Shown in pieces: positions 1 to 10,570 of a stretch of 20,062 bases of DNA. The notes under the pieces were generated by a model that saw only the letters and a program-made list of their open reading frames with translations, had not been told where the DNA came from and did not search any database. A program made the position numbers and the translations under genes. The stretch lies in IMG/VR virus record IMGVR_UViG_2778261543_000001; one strand, given 5' to 3'. Each line of letters begins with the position of its first letter. Position 1 is the stretch's first letter. Origin of the DNA: a virus. Lineage: Duplodnaviria > Heunggongvirae > Uroviricota > Caudoviricetes.

Positions 1-66
1 GATGCGCTCCGGATGAATATGATGATCTCATATCAGGAACTTGTTCGCACCTTCCTTAACGGATAA
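1..66 (+). CDS. 3' end of an upstream ORF (last 21 codons, stop TAA at 64-66); product unknown
   Basis: Open frame 1 from the window edge to TAA at 64-66, just upstream of the next gene's ribosome-binding site. Too short to identify. Confidence 0.3.
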   Translation, partial: DALRMNMMISYQELVRTFLNG

Positions 67-78
67 ACGGAGCCAACA

Positions 79-321
79 ATGGCAGAGATTATTCCCATGA
101 CTGAAGAACAGAAATTCCAGTTAGAGATTTACAAACTGGTCATGAACCAGAACGCAGCCGCAGAAGAAGCATTTCAATTCATTGGCACTGACGAACTGAA
201 GCTTGAGCTATTCAAAATTCACTTCCAGTCAGGTGGCGCTAATTCAGATATCACGACCCGCACTATCGAAGCGGTGCGTAAATCGAAGGAAGTGTTAGAC
301 CTGTTCACTACCGGAGTGTAA
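79..321 (+). CDS. Hypothetical small phage protein (80 aa) upstream of the terminase genes
   Basis: ATG start with GGAG-like site 7-9 nt upstream; co-oriented and tightly packed with the following ORFs. No recognisable motif. P22-like phages carry small unnamed ORFs at this position. Confidence 0.6.
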   Translation: MAEIIPMTEEQKFQLEIYKLVMNQNAAAEEAFQFIGTDELKLELFKIHFQSGGANSDITTRTIEAVRKSKEVLDLFTTGV

Positions 322-324
322 GAG

Positions 325-612
325 ATGACTGAACAAGAAATGCCGAGATACCAGTGCCACAAAAAAGTTCGCGCCCTGAAGATTGGCTCTATAGAACATA
401 AGCCAAACCCAGATCAGCCTGGTAAGTCTGGCTCTTCTAGTTATGGGGCAATTATTCATCCGGATGATAAGAAATACGCAGCATTTGATGTTAGCGCGGA
501 ATATATCTGTAAGCACCGACCAATGCCTGGAGGCTATTACGTTGTCTATGAGGATGGATATGAATCATATTCTCCTGCTGAGGTATTTGAGTCTGGATAT
601 TCAAAATTATAG
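325..612 (+). CDS. Hypothetical small phage protein (95 aa)
   Basis: ATG at 325 lies 4 nt after the previous stop, suggesting coupled translation in the same operon. Contains two Cys and a Tyr/Gly-rich C-terminal half; function not recognisable. Confidence 0.6.
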   Translation: MTEQEMPRYQCHKKVRALKIGSIEHKPNPDQPGKSGSSSYGAIIHPDDKKYAAFDVSAEYICKHRPMPGGYYVVYEDGYESYSPAEVFESGYSKL

Positions 613-621
613 GAATCCTCT

Positions 622-801
622 ATGACAATCGTCGTTGATCTTGGTAAGGAGAAGAAATTCCCAATTACTCAAGAGCTATACGAGCGACTTGAAAGCGTCA
701 TCCATGATTACGATGGTGAAATCAGTTTATGCGAGGCGATTGGCACACTCGAATTGCTGAAGCAGTCATTGATGGAAGGAGCGAAAGAGTCCTCAACCTG
801 A
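622..801 (+). CDS. Hypothetical small protein (59 aa), below the ORF-track length cutoff
   Basis: ATG at 622 to TGA at 799-801, read by hand (MTIVVDLGKEKKF...). It fills the otherwise non-coding gap between the 95-aa ORF and the small terminase gene. Ribosome-binding site is weak. Confidence 0.4.
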   Translation: MTIVVDLGKEKKFPITQELYERLESVIHDYDGEISLCEAIGTLELLKQSLMEGAKESST

Positions 802-824
802 AATAACGATTAAGTGAGATTAAT

Positions 825-1313
825 ATGGCAGCACCAAAGGGCAACCGATTTTGGGAGGCCCGCAGTAGTCATGGGCGAAATCCTAAATTCGAATCGCCTG
901 AGGCGCTGTGGGCTGCTTGTTGTGAATACTTCGAGTGGGTGGAAGCTAACCCGCTATGGGAGATGAAGGCGTTCTCGTATCAGGGTGAAGTGATACAAGA
1001 GCCTATCGCCAAGATGCGAGCGATGACCATTACCGGCCTCACTCTGTTCATTGATGTGACGCTTGAAACATGGCGCACGTATCGCCTGCGAGAAGATTTA
1101 TCTGAAGTCGTTACGCGAGCAGAGCAGGTCATCTACGACCAGAAATTCTCTGGCGCAGCCGCTGACCTTCTCAACGCTAATATCATCGCCCGTGATTTGG
1201 GCCTGAAAGAGCAGTCGCAAGTTGAAGACGTGACACCTGATAAGGGAGATCGCGATAAGCGGCGCTCTCGTATCAAGGAGCTATTCAACCGTGGAACTGG
1301 ACGCGATTCTTGA
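825..1313 (+). CDS. 3: Terminase small subunit, P22 gp3 type (162 aa)
   Basis: 162 aa, the same length as P22 gp3, and the sequence ([29 protein letters not shown]...) matches my recollection of P22 gp3 nearly residue for residue. Sits immediately upstream of and overlapping the large terminase gene. Confidence 0.9.
   Translation: MAAPKGNRFWEARSSHGRNPKFESPEALWAACCEYFEWVEANPLWEMKAFSYQGEVIQEPIAKMRAMTITGLTLFIDVTLETWRTYRLREDLSEVVTRAEQVIYDQKFSGAAADLLNANIIARDLGLKEQSQVEDVTPDKGDRDKRRSRIKELFNRGTGRDS
1092..1113. other. Candidate pac site (DNA packaging initiation sequence) inside the small terminase gene
   Basis: GAAGATTTATCTGAAGTCGTTA at 1092-1113, about 267 nt into gene 3. This matches the 22-bp P22 pac sequence as I recall it and its known location inside gene 3. 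The identification is from memory, not a computed alignment. Confidence 0.55.
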
Positions 1314-2790
1314 TAACCTGAGCGACGAAGAGCAAATCGAATTGCTCGAGCTACTCGAAGAAGAAGAGAACTACCGGAACACACACCTGCTATATGAATT
1401 TACGCCATACAGCAAACAGCGTGAGTTCATCGACGCCGGGCATGACTATCCAGAGCGCTGTTTTATGGCTGGTAACCAGCTTGGTAAGTCATTTACTGGT
1501 GCTGCTGAAGTCGCGTTTCACCTTACCGGGCGTTATCCGGGCACAAAAGGCTATCCTGCTGATGGTAAATATGGCGGTGAGTGGAAAGGTAAGCGTTTCT
1601 ATGAGCCTGTTGTCTTCTGGATTGGCGGCGAGACAAACGAGACTGTAACCAAAACGACTCAACGCATCCTGTGTGGTCGTATCGAAGAGAATGATGAGCC
1701 AGGCTACGGTTCCATACCTAAAGAAGACATCATTAGCTGGAAGAAGTCTCCTTTCTTTCCGAACCTTGTTGATCACCTTCTGGTTAAGCATCACACGGCT
1801 GATGGCGTTGAAGATGGCATTTCAATCTGCTACTTCAAGCCATACTCGCAAGGCCGCGCTCGCTGGCAGGGTGACACAATCCACGGCGTGTGGTTTGACG
1901 AAGAGCCACCATACAGCATTTATGGCGAAGGGCTTACCCGTACCAACAAATACGGGCAATTCTCAATTCTGACGTTTACCCCGCTGATGGGGATGTCTGA
2001 CGTTGTTACCAAGTTCCTGAAGAATCCCAGCAAGTCGCAGAAAGTGGTCAACATGACCATCTATGACGCTGAGCACTACACCGACGAGCAGAAAGAGCAA
2101 ATCATCGCATCCTATCCTGAGCATGAGAGAGAGGCGCGTGCTCGCGGTATTCCTACGATGGGTAGCGGGCGAATCTTCCAGATACCGGAAGAGACGATTA
2201 AGTGTCAGCCGTTCGAGTGTCCTGATCACTTCTACGTAATTGGCGGGATGGATTTTGGATGGGATCACCCGCAGGCGCAGGTTCAGCTTTGGTGGGATAA
2301 GGACGCAGACACAATCTACGTTTCACGCGTGTGGAAGGCGAAAGAAAAAACAGCCGTTCAGGCATGGGGAGCTGTTAAATCATGGGCGCATAAAGTGCCA
2401 ACAGCATGGCCTCATGACGGAAACCAGCACGAGAAGGGCGGCGGTGAGCAGCTCAAAGGGCAGTATGCAGATGCTGGTTTTATGATGTTGCAGGAGCATG
2501 CGACATGGCCTGATGGCGGTAATGCTGTTGAACCTGGCATCACTGAATTGCGCGACATGATGCTCAACGGTCGCTTCAAAGTATTCAACACCTGTGAGCC
2601 ATTCTTTGAGGAGTTTCGCCTCTATCACCGTGATGAAAACGGGAAGATCGTCAAGCTTAACGACGACGTGCTATCCGCCGTTCGCTATGCATACATGATG
2701 CGCCGCTTCGCAAAAATGATGCGCGACATCAAAAAACCAAAAGAGAAAAAGATACCAGCCCCAATCAGGCCCATCGCACGGAGAACTTAA
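1291..2790 (+). CDS. 2: Terminase large subunit (ATPase/nuclease), P22 gp2 type (499 aa)
   Basis: 499 aa as in P22 gp2, with a sequence that matches my recollection of it. Initiates at GTG (1291) with a strong AAGGAG site at 1275-1280. The start overlaps the 3' end of the small terminase gene by 23 nt in another frame. Confidence 0.9.
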   Translation: MELDAILDNLSDEEQIELLELLEEEENYRNTHLLYEFTPYSKQREFIDAGHDYPERCFMAGNQLGKSFTGAAEVAFHLTGRYPGTKGYPADGKYGGEWKGKRFYEPVVFWIGGETNETVTKTTQRILCGRIEENDEPGYGSIPKEDIISWKKSPFFPNLVDHLLVKHHTADGVEDGISICYFKPYSQGRARWQGDTIHGVWFDEEPPYSIYGEGLTRTNKYGQFSILTFTPLMGMSDVVTKFLKNPSKSQKVVNMTIYDAEHYTDEQKEQIIASYPEHEREARARGIPTMGSGRIFQIPEETIKCQPFECPDHFYVIGGMDFGWDHPQAQVQLWWDKDADTIYVSRVWKAKEKTAVQAWGAVKSWAHKVPTAWPHDGNQHEKGGGEQLKGQYADAGFMMLQEHATWPDGGNAVEPGITELRDMMLNGRFKVFNTCEPFFEEFRLYHRDENGKIVKLNDDVLSAVRYAYMMRRFAKMMRDIKKPKEKKIPAPIRPIARRT

Positions 2791-4956
2791 ATGGCCGACG
2801 AAAACAGACTCAATTCCATTCTGTGTAAGTTTGACGCGGACTGGATGGCGAGCGATGAAGCCAGAACCGAGGCGACAAATGACCTGTATTTTAGCCGAGT
2901 GTCGCAATGGGATGACTGGCTATCAAACTACACTACCCTGCAATATCGCGGACAATTCGATGTTGTTCGCCCGGTGGTCAGGAAACTGGTCGCAGAGATG
3001 CGCCGTAACCCTATCGACGTTCTCTTCAGACCAAAAGACGGCGCTAATCCTGATGCAGCCGATGTGTTGATGGGGATGTATCGTACTGATATGCGCCATA
3101 ACACGGCAAAAATTGCCGTTAACGTTGGCGTTCGTGAGCAGATAGAGTCCGGCGTTGGTGCATGGCGTCTGGTCACGCAGTACGAAGACAACGATCCAAC
3201 AAGCAACAATCAGGTAATTCGACGCCTGCCAATTCATGAAGCCTGCTCACACGTCATATGGGACGCCAACAGCAAGCAGATGGATAAGAGCGACGCTAAG
3301 CACTGCACGGTGATTAACGCTTTGTCACGCAATGGCTGGAAAGAGTTCGCAGAGGATTACGGTATTGATCCGGATACCTTGCCATCTTTCCAGAATCCGA
3401 ACGATACATGGCTGTTTCCGTGGGTATCGAATGATGTCGTCTACGTCGCTGAGTATTACGAGGTCGAAGAGAAGAAAGAGAAAGTCTTCATCTACCGCGA
3501 TCCGCTGACAGGTGAGCCGGTCAGCTATTACCAGCAGGATATTAAAGACGTTATCGACGACCTGGCTAATCGTGGATTCATTAAGGTAGCAGAGCGCAAG
3601 GTGAAGCGTCGGCGTGTGTATAAGTCGATCATCACCTGCACGCAGATACTGAAAGACCGCGAGAAGATAGCCGGAGAGCATATTCCAATCGTTCCAGTGT
3701 ATGGAGAATGGTCATTCGCTGGTGACAAGGAGTGCTACGAGGGAGTGGTAAGGCTGACGAAAGACGGTCAACGCCTTCGTAACATGATCATGTCGTTCAA
3801 CGCCGATATTGTTGCTCGGTCACCGAAGAAGAAACCGACCTTCTTCCCTGAGCAAATCGAAGGCTACGAATACATGTACGGTGGAAATGATGACTATCCG
3901 TACTATCTGCAGAACAGGACCGATGAAAACGGTAACGACCTGCCGATTGGTCCAATCTCCTACATGGAAAACCCTGAAGTGCCGCAAGCCAACGCTTACA
4001 TGCTTGAGGCTGCCACCAACGCAGTGAAAGAGGTGGCTAGTCTTGGCGTGGATGCGCAGGCGGCAAATGGTCAGGTCGCTTTCGATACCGTCAATCAACT
4101 GAACATGCGGGCAGACCTTGAGACATACGTGTTTCAGGATAACCTGGCTACCGCAATGCGACGTGATGGCGAGATTTATGCCTCAATGGTCAACGATATT
4201 TATGACGTTCCTCGTCATGTGACGCTGACACTTGAAGATGGAAGCGAGAAAGACGTTCAACTCTATGCGCAAGTTGTCGATTATCAGTCCGGCAATGTGG
4301 TCACACTCAACGACATTCGCGGTCGCTATGAGTGCTATACGGACGTTGGGCCATCCTTCCAGAGCATGAAGGAACAGAACCGCGCAGAGATTCAGGAGTT
4401 ACTCACCAAGGTTCCGCAAGGTACTCCAGAGTTCCAGATGCTGATGCTGCAATACTTCACGCTGCTTGACGGTAAAGGCGTCGAGATGATGCGAGAGTAC
4501 GCGAACAAGCAACTGGTGATGATGGGACTGAAGAAACCAGAAACACCTGAAGAGATGGAGATGGTACAGCAGGCGCAACAGCAGCCGCAGCAGCCATCAG
4601 CAGAGCAAATTCAGGCGCAGGGTATCCTTCTGCAAGGTCAGGCTGAATTGCTCAAGGCAGAGAACCAACAGGCGCAGATTCAGGTTGAAGCTGCCAAGGT
4701 TGAAGCCCAAAACCAACTCAACGCCGCGAAGATTGCAGAAATCTTCAACAATATGGACCTCGACAAGCAGGCAGAACTGCGTGAGTACCTCAAGCTCGTA
4801 GGTCAATTCCAGCAACAGCGCAGCAAAGATGCTCGTGCTAACGCTGAGCTGCTTCTTAAAGATGCAGACCAGACTCATTCACAACGCATGGATTTCGCGA
4901 ATCTTATGCGTCAAGTTCAAATCCCCTCCGGCGGAGTAGCCGAGACACCTCAATAA
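2791..4956 (+). CDS. 1: Portal protein, P22 gp1 type (721 aa)
   Basis: 721 aa (P22 portal is about 725 aa), starting directly after the large terminase stop with a GGAGA site. The Gln/Ala-rich helical C-terminus ([18 protein letters not shown]...) is typical of the P22 portal barrel. Confidence 0.9.
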   Translation: MADENRLNSILCKFDADWMASDEARTEATNDLYFSRVSQWDDWLSNYTTLQYRGQFDVVRPVVRKLVAEMRRNPIDVLFRPKDGANPDAADVLMGMYRTDMRHNTAKIAVNVGVREQIESGVGAWRLVTQYEDNDPTSNNQVIRRLPIHEACSHVIWDANSKQMDKSDAKHCTVINALSRNGWKEFAEDYGIDPDTLPSFQNPNDTWLFPWVSNDVVYVAEYYEVEEKKEKVFIYRDPLTGEPVSYYQQDIKDVIDDLANRGFIKVAERKVKRRRVYKSIITCTQILKDREKIAGEHIPIVPVYGEWSFAGDKECYEGVVRLTKDGQRLRNMIMSFNADIVARSPKKKPTFFPEQIEGYEYMYGGNDDYPYYLQNRTDENGNDLPIGPISYMENPEVPQANAYMLEAATNAVKEVASLGVDAQAANGQVAFDTVNQLNMRADLETYVFQDNLATAMRRDGEIYASMVNDIYDVPRHVTLTLEDGSEKDVQLYAQVVDYQSGNVVTLNDIRGRYECYTDVGPSFQSMKEQNRAEIQELLTKVPQGTPEFQMLMLQYFTLLDGKGVEMMREYANKQLVMMGLKKPETPEEMEMVQQAQQQPQQPSAEQIQAQGILLQGQAELLKAENQQAQIQVEAAKVEAQNQLNAAKIAEIFNNMDLDKQAELREYLKLVGQFQQQRSKDARANAELLLKDADQTHSQRMDFANLMRQVQIPSGGVAETPQ

Positions 4957-4969
4957 GAGAGAGTTAATC

Positions 4970-5881
4970 ATGGACCAAACCACCGACATTCAGGCTTCTG
5001 AAGAATTAACCATGCCCGGCAATCATGCAGCGGCATCTGCTGATGGCTTAGTTGTCGATAATGCCAACGACAACGCAGGTCAGGAAGAAGGCTTCGAGAT
5101 TGTCCTGAAAGACGATGAGAAACCAAAACAAGACCCGGCAACTAATGCTGAATTTGCCCGTCGCCGCATCGAACGCAAACGCCAGCGTGAGCTTGAGCAG
5201 CAGATGGAAGCGGTTAAGCGTGGAGAGTTGCCGGAGCACCTGCGGGTGAACCCTGAGTTACCAAAACAACCAGACCCTAACGATTATCTTTCCGAAGATG
5301 CACTGGCTAAGTACGACTATGACCAGAGCCGCGCACTGGCTGCCTTCCAGCAGGCAAACAGTGAATGGCAGATCAAGGCTATGGACGCAAGAAGCCAGGC
5401 TGTCGCCGAGCAGGGTCGCAAAACTCAGGAGTTCACCCAGCAATCAGCGCAATACGTCGAGGCAGCCCGTAAGCACTACGACGCAGCGGAAAAGCTCAAT
5501 ATCCCTGACTATCAGGAGAAAGAGGATGCATTCATGCAACTGGTGCCGCCAGCAGTCGGTGCCGACATCATGCGCCTCTTCCCGGAGAAATCCGCTGCTC
5601 TCATGTATCACCTTGGTGCTAATCCTGAGAAGACACGCCAGTTGCTGGCGATGGACGGGCAATCCGCGCTGATTGAACTCACTCGACTGTCAGAACGTTT
5701 AACTCTCAAGCCTCGAGCCAAGCCTGTTTCAGAAGCCCCGTTACCTGATGAACCCATTCAGGGACACGCTGTTGCTGCAAATATCTCTGCGATTGAAAAG
5801 CAGATGGAAGCGGCAGCAAACAAAGGGGATGTAGAGACGTACCGCAAGCTCAAGGCGCAACTGAATAAAGGAATTCGATAA
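4970..5881 (+). CDS. 8: Scaffolding protein, P22 gp8 type (303 aa)
   Basis: 303 aa, the same as P22 gp8; highly charged, helix-prone composition; lies between portal and coat. Its stop overlaps the coat start (TAATG). Confidence 0.85.
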   Translation: MDQTTDIQASEELTMPGNHAAASADGLVVDNANDNAGQEEGFEIVLKDDEKPKQDPATNAEFARRRIERKRQRELEQQMEAVKRGELPEHLRVNPELPKQPDPNDYLSEDALAKYDYDQSRALAAFQQANSEWQIKAMDARSQAVAEQGRKTQEFTQQSAQYVEAARKHYDAAEKLNIPDYQEKEDAFMQLVPPAVGADIMRLFPEKSAALMYHLGANPEKTRQLLAMDGQSALIELTRLSERLTLKPRAKPVSEAPLPDEPIQGHAVAANISAIEKQMEAAANKGDVETYRKLKAQLNKGIR

Positions 5882-7176
5882 TGGCATTAAATGAAGGTCA
5901 ACTGGTCACGTATGCTCTGGATGAAATCATCGAAACCGTCCAGAACCTGACGCCAATGGCGTCCAAAGTGACAAAATACACCCCTCCGGCAGAATCCATG
6001 CAACGTTCAAGCAACACCGTGTGGATGCCTGTTGAGCAGGAAGCGCCAACCCAGACTGGCTGGGATTTAACTGGCAACGCAACCGGGATTCTGGAACTCT
6101 CCGTGAAATGCAACATGGGCGATCCGGATAACGATTTCTTCGAGCTTCGTGCAGATGACCTGCGTGATGAGCGTTCTTACCGTCGCCGCATCCAGGCATC
6201 CGCCAAAAAACTGGCGAATAACATTGAGTCAGCGATTGCCAAACAGGCAACTGAAATGGGCTCGCTTGTTGTTCACGATACCCGAGCAATTGGTCCATCT
6301 ACTGGCCTGTCTGGCTGGGATTTTGTGTCTGATGCAGAGCGCCTGATGTTCTCCCGTGAGCTAAACCGCGATATGGGCATCAGTTACTTCCTGAACCCTG
6401 ACGATTACCGCAAAGCAGGCCGCAACCTGGTAGATGGTGACATCTTCGGGCGCGTTCCTGAAGAAGCGTATCGCAACGGTACTATTCAGCGTCAGATTGC
6501 TGGCTTTGATGAAATTCTTCGCTCACCGAAACTTCCGGCAGTTACCAAGTCAACCGCTACTGGTGTAACTGTTTCTGGTGCGCAGAAGTTTAAGCCGCAG
6601 GCATACACCCTTGATACCGATGGTAACAAAGAGAACGTCGACAACCGTGTTGCAACGGTGACCGTATCCTCCACCACCGGATTTAAGCGCGGCGACAAAA
6701 TCAGCTTCACTGGTGTGAAGTTCCTGTCTCAGATGGCGAAGAATGTGCTGACTGATGACGCGACTTTCTCAATCACCCGTGTGATCGATAGTACTCACAT
6801 CGAAATCACGCCGAAGCCGATTGCGCTGGATGACGCGTCACTGACAAAAGAAGAGAAGGCTTACGCGAATGTAAACACCTCTCTTGCTGATACCACACCG
6901 GTAAACGTTCTGAACGTGGCAACAACCACCGCTAACGTGTTCTGGGCTGATGACTCAATCCGCCTGCTGTCTCAGCCGATCCCGGTAACCCATGAACTGT
7001 TTGCTGGCATGAAAACGTCTTCCTTCAGCATTCCTGGTATTGGTGTTAACGGCATCTTCGCAACGCAGGGTGATATCAACACTCTGTCTGGTAAGTGCCG
7101 TATTGCTGTGTGGTATTCAGCATGTGCTGTACGACCAGAGGCAATTGGTGTTGGTCTGCCTAACCAGACCGCGTGA
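5881..7176 (+). CDS. 5: Major capsid (coat) protein, P22 gp5 family (431 aa), diverged from P22 itself
   Basis: 431 aa against 430 for P22 coat. N-terminus MALNEGQ..., the RADDLRDE motif and the C-terminal [13 protein letters not shown] agree with recalled P22 coat, but many internal substitutions are visible, so this is a different allele from the P22-identical terminase. Confidence 0.9.
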   Translation: MALNEGQLVTYALDEIIETVQNLTPMASKVTKYTPPAESMQRSSNTVWMPVEQEAPTQTGWDLTGNATGILELSVKCNMGDPDNDFFELRADDLRDERSYRRRIQASAKKLANNIESAIAKQATEMGSLVVHDTRAIGPSTGLSGWDFVSDAERLMFSRELNRDMGISYFLNPDDYRKAGRNLVDGDIFGRVPEEAYRNGTIQRQIAGFDEILRSPKLPAVTKSTATGVTVSGAQKFKPQAYTLDTDGNKENVDNRVATVTVSSTTGFKRGDKISFTGVKFLSQMAKNVLTDDATFSITRVIDSTHIEITPKPIALDDASLTKEEKAYANVNTSLADTTPVNVLNVATTTANVFWADDSIRLLSQPIPVTHELFAGMKTSSFSIPGIGVNGIFATQGDINTLSGKCRIAVWYSACAVRPEAIGVGLPNQTA

Positions 7177-7184
7177 TAACCAGA

Positions 7185-7208
7185 GGGAGCTTCGGCTCCC
7201 TTTTCTAT
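7185..7208 (+). terminator. Rho-independent terminator or attenuator downstream of the coat gene
   Basis: GGGAGC-TTCG-GCTCCC hairpin (7185-7200) followed by TTTTCT, 9 nt after the coat stop codon. Confidence 0.6.
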
Positions 7209-7219
7209 TGGAGATACCA

Positions 7220-7825
7220 ATGAGCGTAATGATTTTTCAGGCTGGCGGAGATACCAAAATATGGGGACGCAAGCTGAAAACGAAAACCGTTGATCCTGAT
7301 GATGTAGCTGTGCACTTAGCAAATGGCTGGTATAAGCACCCTGACGATGTTCCTGATGATCCTCTTGTTGGTGATCAAATTGGGAGTGTTGGCGGAGGTG
7401 AAACTTCCCCAGTTGATATGGGCGAAGTGTCCGACGGTTATCACACTTTTAACGAGCTTTACGCTCACCGAGTGCGCCTCTTCTCATCGCTGATGCATGC
7501 TTACGCTGAGCTTTCGTGGTGGTCTCGCAAACACAGTGACGGTGAAGAGTGGGATGGCTGGATCATTGCTGGTATCACCACTCCAGAAGGCGAAATCACT
7601 TATCACCTACCTGTTGAAGAAATCGAGTTCCTTCCTGAAGGTACTGAGCTTGAGTTCGGGAAAGAGTGGGATGGTCATGAAGCAAATGATGTTCTTGGAC
7701 GACTCCTGAGTTTGCGTCCGGCTATTGCAGAGCCAGAGCCAGAGCCAGAGCCAGAAGAAAAACAGCGTAAAAAGCCTAGTCGAAAACCTAAGGCGGCAGC
7801 AGATGAACCTGACAACGAAGGGTGA
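7220..7825 (+). CDS. Acidic hypothetical protein (201 aa) with an (EP)4 repeat and a Lys/Arg-rich tail, inserted between coat and gp4
   Basis: ATG at 7220 with a GGAGA site 5 nt upstream. The ORF track begins this frame at 7040 inside the coat gene, but 7220 is the first start after the coat terminator. Protein is Asp/Glu-rich and ends ...[22 protein letters not shown].... Its 3' end overlaps the gp4 start by 23 nt. P22 has no gene here as far as I recall. Confidence 0.6.
   Translation: MSVMIFQAGGDTKIWGRKLKTKTVDPDDVAVHLANGWYKHPDDVPDDPLVGDQIGSVGGGETSPVDMGEVSDGYHTFNELYAHRVRLFSSLMHAYAELSWWSRKHSDGEEWDGWIIAGITTPEGEITYHLPVEEIEFLPEGTELEFGKEWDGHEANDVLGRLLSLRPAIAEPEPEPEPEEKQRKKPSRKPKAAADEPDNEG
7729..7752. 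repeat. Perfect tandem hexanucleotide repeat (AGAGCC)x4
   Basis: Read directly at 7729-7752. Encodes EPEPEPEP in the 7220 frame. The WLWLWLWL and GSGSGSGS stretches in antisense and alternate-frame ORFs are artefacts of this repeat. Confidence 0.95.
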
Positions 7826-8303
7826 TTTAGTCCTTGCGGCATTACGTAAGCTCGGTGTTGCATCAAATGCCACGTTAACCGATGTCGAACCGCAGTCTAT
7901 GGAAGACGGCGTCAACGACCTCGAAATGATGATGGCTGAATGGCTTGGCGGTGATGTGTCACCTGGTATCAACGTTGGCTACATTTTTGCTGATGCAGAT
8001 GTCGCTCCGGATCCGGGCGATGAGCACGGTTTATCAAATAACGCTATCAATGCCGTCATTTTCAACCTTGCCTGCCGCATTGCTCCAGATTATGCGCTGG
8101 AAGCGTCTGCAAAACTTATAACCACTGCCAGATACGGTAAAGAGCGACTCGTCAAACTGTCTGCAATGGATAGGGCAAAAGCCGCTAAATGTAAGTCCGG
8201 TTATCCAAACCGTATGCCTGTTGGTAGCGGTAACCAGTTGGCGAAGTGGAACGGTTGGAATTACTTCCACCGGAAGGAACCTTGCGATAACGGGAGCGAA
8301 TAA
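7803..8303 (+). CDS. 4: Head-completion / tail-adaptor protein, P22 gp4 type (166 aa)
   Basis: Starting at the ATG at 7803 gives 166 aa, the P22 gp4 length, and the sequence ([27 protein letters not shown]...[14 protein letters not shown]) matches recalled gp4. The ORF-track start at 7725 is an upstream extension running through the repeat. Confidence 0.85.
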   Translation: MNLTTKGDLVLAALRKLGVASNATLTDVEPQSMEDGVNDLEMMMAEWLGGDVSPGINVGYIFADADVAPDPGDEHGLSNNAINAVIFNLACRIAPDYALEASAKLITTARYGKERLVKLSAMDRAKAAKCKSGYPNRMPVGSGNQLAKWNGWNYFHRKEPCDNGSE

Positions 8304-9722
8304 ATGCCGATTCAGCAACTTCCGCTTATGAAAGGTGTCGGCAAAGACTTTCGAAACGCCGACTATATCGACTATCTGCCAGTGAATATGTTGGCTACAC
8401 CCAAAGAAATCCTTAACAGCAGCGGATATCTTCGCTCATTCCCGGGCATTGCCAAACGTTCCGACGTGAACGGTGTATCGCGCGGCGTCGAGTACAACAT
8501 GGCGCAGAATGCTGTTTATCGCGTGTGTGGCGGCAAGCTCTACAAAGGCGAAAGCGAAGTCGGTGACGTCGCCGGAAGTGGTCGTGTATCAATGGCGCAT
8601 GGTCGGACATCACAGGCAGTAGGCGTTAATGGTCAACTGGTCGAGTATCGCTATGATGGCACGGTTAAAACCGTCTCAAACTGGCCTACAGACAGCGGAT
8701 TCACGCAGTATGAGTTAGGTTCAGTCCGCGACATTACGCGCTTACGTGGGCGTTATGCGTGGTCAAAAGACGGCACTGATTCATGGTTTATCACTGACCT
8801 TGAAGACGAATCGCATCCTGACCGCTACAGCGCACAATATCGTGCTGAGTCTCAGCCTGACGGCATCATCGGCATCGGAACATGGCGAGACTTCATCGTC
8901 TGCTTTGGTTCATCGACGATTGAATATTTCTCCCTGACTGGCGCAACAACTGTTGGTGCTGCTTTGTATGTCGCACAGCCATCACTGATGGTGCAGAAAG
9001 GCATTGCCGGAACTTACTGCAAAACGCCATTCGCTGATTCGTATGCGTTTATCAGCAATCCGGCAACGGGTGCGCCGTCTGTATACATCATCGGATCCGG
9101 TCAGGTGTCACCAATCGCCAGCGCGAGCATTGAGAAAATTCTCCGCTCCTACACTGCTGATGAACTGGCTGATGGTGTGATGGAGTCTCTGCGATTTGAT
9201 GCGCATGAGCTGCTGATTATCCATCTTCCGCGCCATGTTCTGGTGTACGACGCATCTTCAAGCGCCAATGGTCCGCAATGGTGTGTACTGAAAACAGGCC
9301 TGTATGACGATGTGTATCGCGCTATCGACTTCATTTACGAAGGCAATCAGATAACGTGCGGCGATAAGCTGGAATCCGTGACCGGGAAATTGCAATTCGA
9401 TATCAGCAGCCAGTACGACAAGCAACAGGAACATCTGCTGTTTACTCCACTCTTCAAAGCAGATAACGCCAGAGTTTTCGACCTTGAGGTTGAATCGTCA
9501 ACTGGCGTTGCGCAGTACGCTGACCGCCTGTTCCTCTCTGCAACCACTGACGGCATCAATTACGGGCGTGAGCAGATGATTGAGCAGAATGAACCGTTCG
9601 TTTACGACAAACGCGTTTTGTGGAAGAAAGTAGGGCGCATCAGGAAAAACATTGGCTTCAAATTGCGCGTTATCACTAAGTCACCTGTCACTCTGTCTGG
9701 CTGCCAGATAAGGATTGAGTAA
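8304..9722 (+). CDS. 10: Tail hub / head-completion protein, P22 gp10 type (472 aa)
   Basis: 472 aa, the same as P22 gp10; it follows gp4 directly (TAA then ATG) with a GGGAG site. Assigned by size and conserved order. Confidence 0.85.
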   Translation: MPIQQLPLMKGVGKDFRNADYIDYLPVNMLATPKEILNSSGYLRSFPGIAKRSDVNGVSRGVEYNMAQNAVYRVCGGKLYKGESEVGDVAGSGRVSMAHGRTSQAVGVNGQLVEYRYDGTVKTVSNWPTDSGFTQYELGSVRDITRLRGRYAWSKDGTDSWFITDLEDESHPDRYSAQYRAESQPDGIIGIGTWRDFIVCFGSSTIEYFSLTGATTVGAALYVAQPSLMVQKGIAGTYCKTPFADSYAFISNPATGAPSVYIIGSGQVSPIASASIEKILRSYTADELADGVMESLRFDAHELLIIHLPRHVLVYDASSSANGPQWCVLKTGLYDDVYRAIDFIYEGNQITCGDKLESVTGKLQFDISSQYDKQQEHLLFTPLFKADNARVFDLEVESSTGVAQYADRLFLSATTDGINYGREQMIEQNEPFVYDKRVLWKKVGRIRKNIGFKLRVITKSPVTLSGCQIRIE

Positions 9723-10570
9723 TGGCTGATTCGAATCTTAATGTGCCGGTAATCATTCAGGCTACACGACTCGACACATCAGTCCTTCCGCGTAATATCT
9801 TCTCGCAGTCGTATCTGCTTTACGTTATCGCACAGGGAACTGATGTTGGTAACGTGGCTAACAAAGCCAACGAGGCCGGACAGGGCGCTTATGATGCACA
9901 GGTCAGGAACGATGAGCAGGATGTGATTCTGGTCGATCACGAAATTCGACTGGCATCGGCTGAAGCGAAGATACAGGACCACGAAACAAGGATCACTAAC
10001 GCAGAAGCGGCGATAGTCGGCCTTGATTCACGATTAACGACAGCAGAAAACGATATTGATTATCTGACTGATGAAGTTATCGCCATTCAAAACACGCTTT
10101 CAGACCATGAAACGCGCATCGATGCTCTGGAGTATGCCACTACTCGCAAGAAGTCAGAGGTTGTTTACTCTGGCGTATCTGTAACCATCCCGACAGCGCC
10201 GACCAACCTTGTTAGCCTGCTGAAAACGCTCACGCCGTCATCTGGCTCGTTGGCACCATTCTTCGACACTGTTAACAACAAGATGGTTGTGTTCAACGAG
10301 AACAAAACCTTGTTCTTCAAGCTGTCGATCGTCGGGACGTGGCCCAGCGGAACCGCCAACAGGTCAATGCAGCTAACCTTTTCCGGCTCTGTTCCTGACA
10401 CGTTGGTCAGCAGTCGTAATGCAGCGACAACAACCGATAACATCCTGTTAGCTACGTTCTTCAGCGTGGATAAAGACGGCTTTCTTGCCACAAATGGCAG
10501 CACGTTAACCATTCAGTCGAATGGTGCGGCGTTTACTGCCACAACCATCAAGATAATCGCGGAGCAGTAA
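9722..10570 (+). CDS. 26: Tail needle (cell-puncturing plug), P22 gp26 family, 282 aa with a C-terminal extension
   Basis: N-terminus [43 protein letters not shown]... matches the recalled gp10-binding N-terminal domain of P22 gp26. The centre carries repeated DHE(I/T)R heptad-type coiled-coil motifs. At 282 aa it is longer than P22's 233 aa, and the extra C-terminal part is Ser/Thr/Asn-rich, as in the knobbed needles of Sf6/HK620-type phages. Confidence 0.9.
   Translation: MADSNLNVPVIIQATRLDTSVLPRNIFSQSYLLYVIAQGTDVGNVANKANEAGQGAYDAQVRNDEQDVILVDHEIRLASAEAKIQDHETRITNAEAAIVGLDSRLTTAENDIDYLTDEVIAIQNTLSDHETRIDALEYATTRKKSEVVYSGVSVTIPTAPTNLVSLLKTLTPSSGSLAPFFDTVNNKMVVFNENKTLFFKLSIVGTWPSGTANRSMQLTFSGSVPDTLVSSRNAATTTDNILLATFFSVDKDGFLATNGSTLTIQSNGAAFTATTIKIIAEQ

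Noticed and set aside
1133-6710. Short ORFs within or opposite the terminase, portal, scaffold and coat genes (for example 1394..1648, 2923..3237, 3325..3681, 5298..5672, 5927..6298)
   Set aside because: All are nested in or antisense to long, recognisable structural genes and have no independent support.
7040-7219. Upstream extension of the 7040..7825 ORF as given in the ORF track
   Set aside because: The extension lies inside the coat gene in another frame and runs through the coat terminator hairpin. The first start codon with a ribosome-binding site after the terminator is at 7220.
7725-7802. Upstream extension of the gp4 ORF (track start 7725, [10 protein letters not shown]...)
   Set aside because: The extension is just the hexanucleotide repeat read in another frame. 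Starting at 7803 gives exactly the 166-aa length and N-terminus expected for gp4.
7607-7972. Antisense ORFs 7607..7972 and 7675..7866 with WLWLWLWL and GSGSGSGS stretches
   Set aside because: They are low-complexity artefacts of the repeat on the opposite strand and are fully embedded in well-supported + strand genes.
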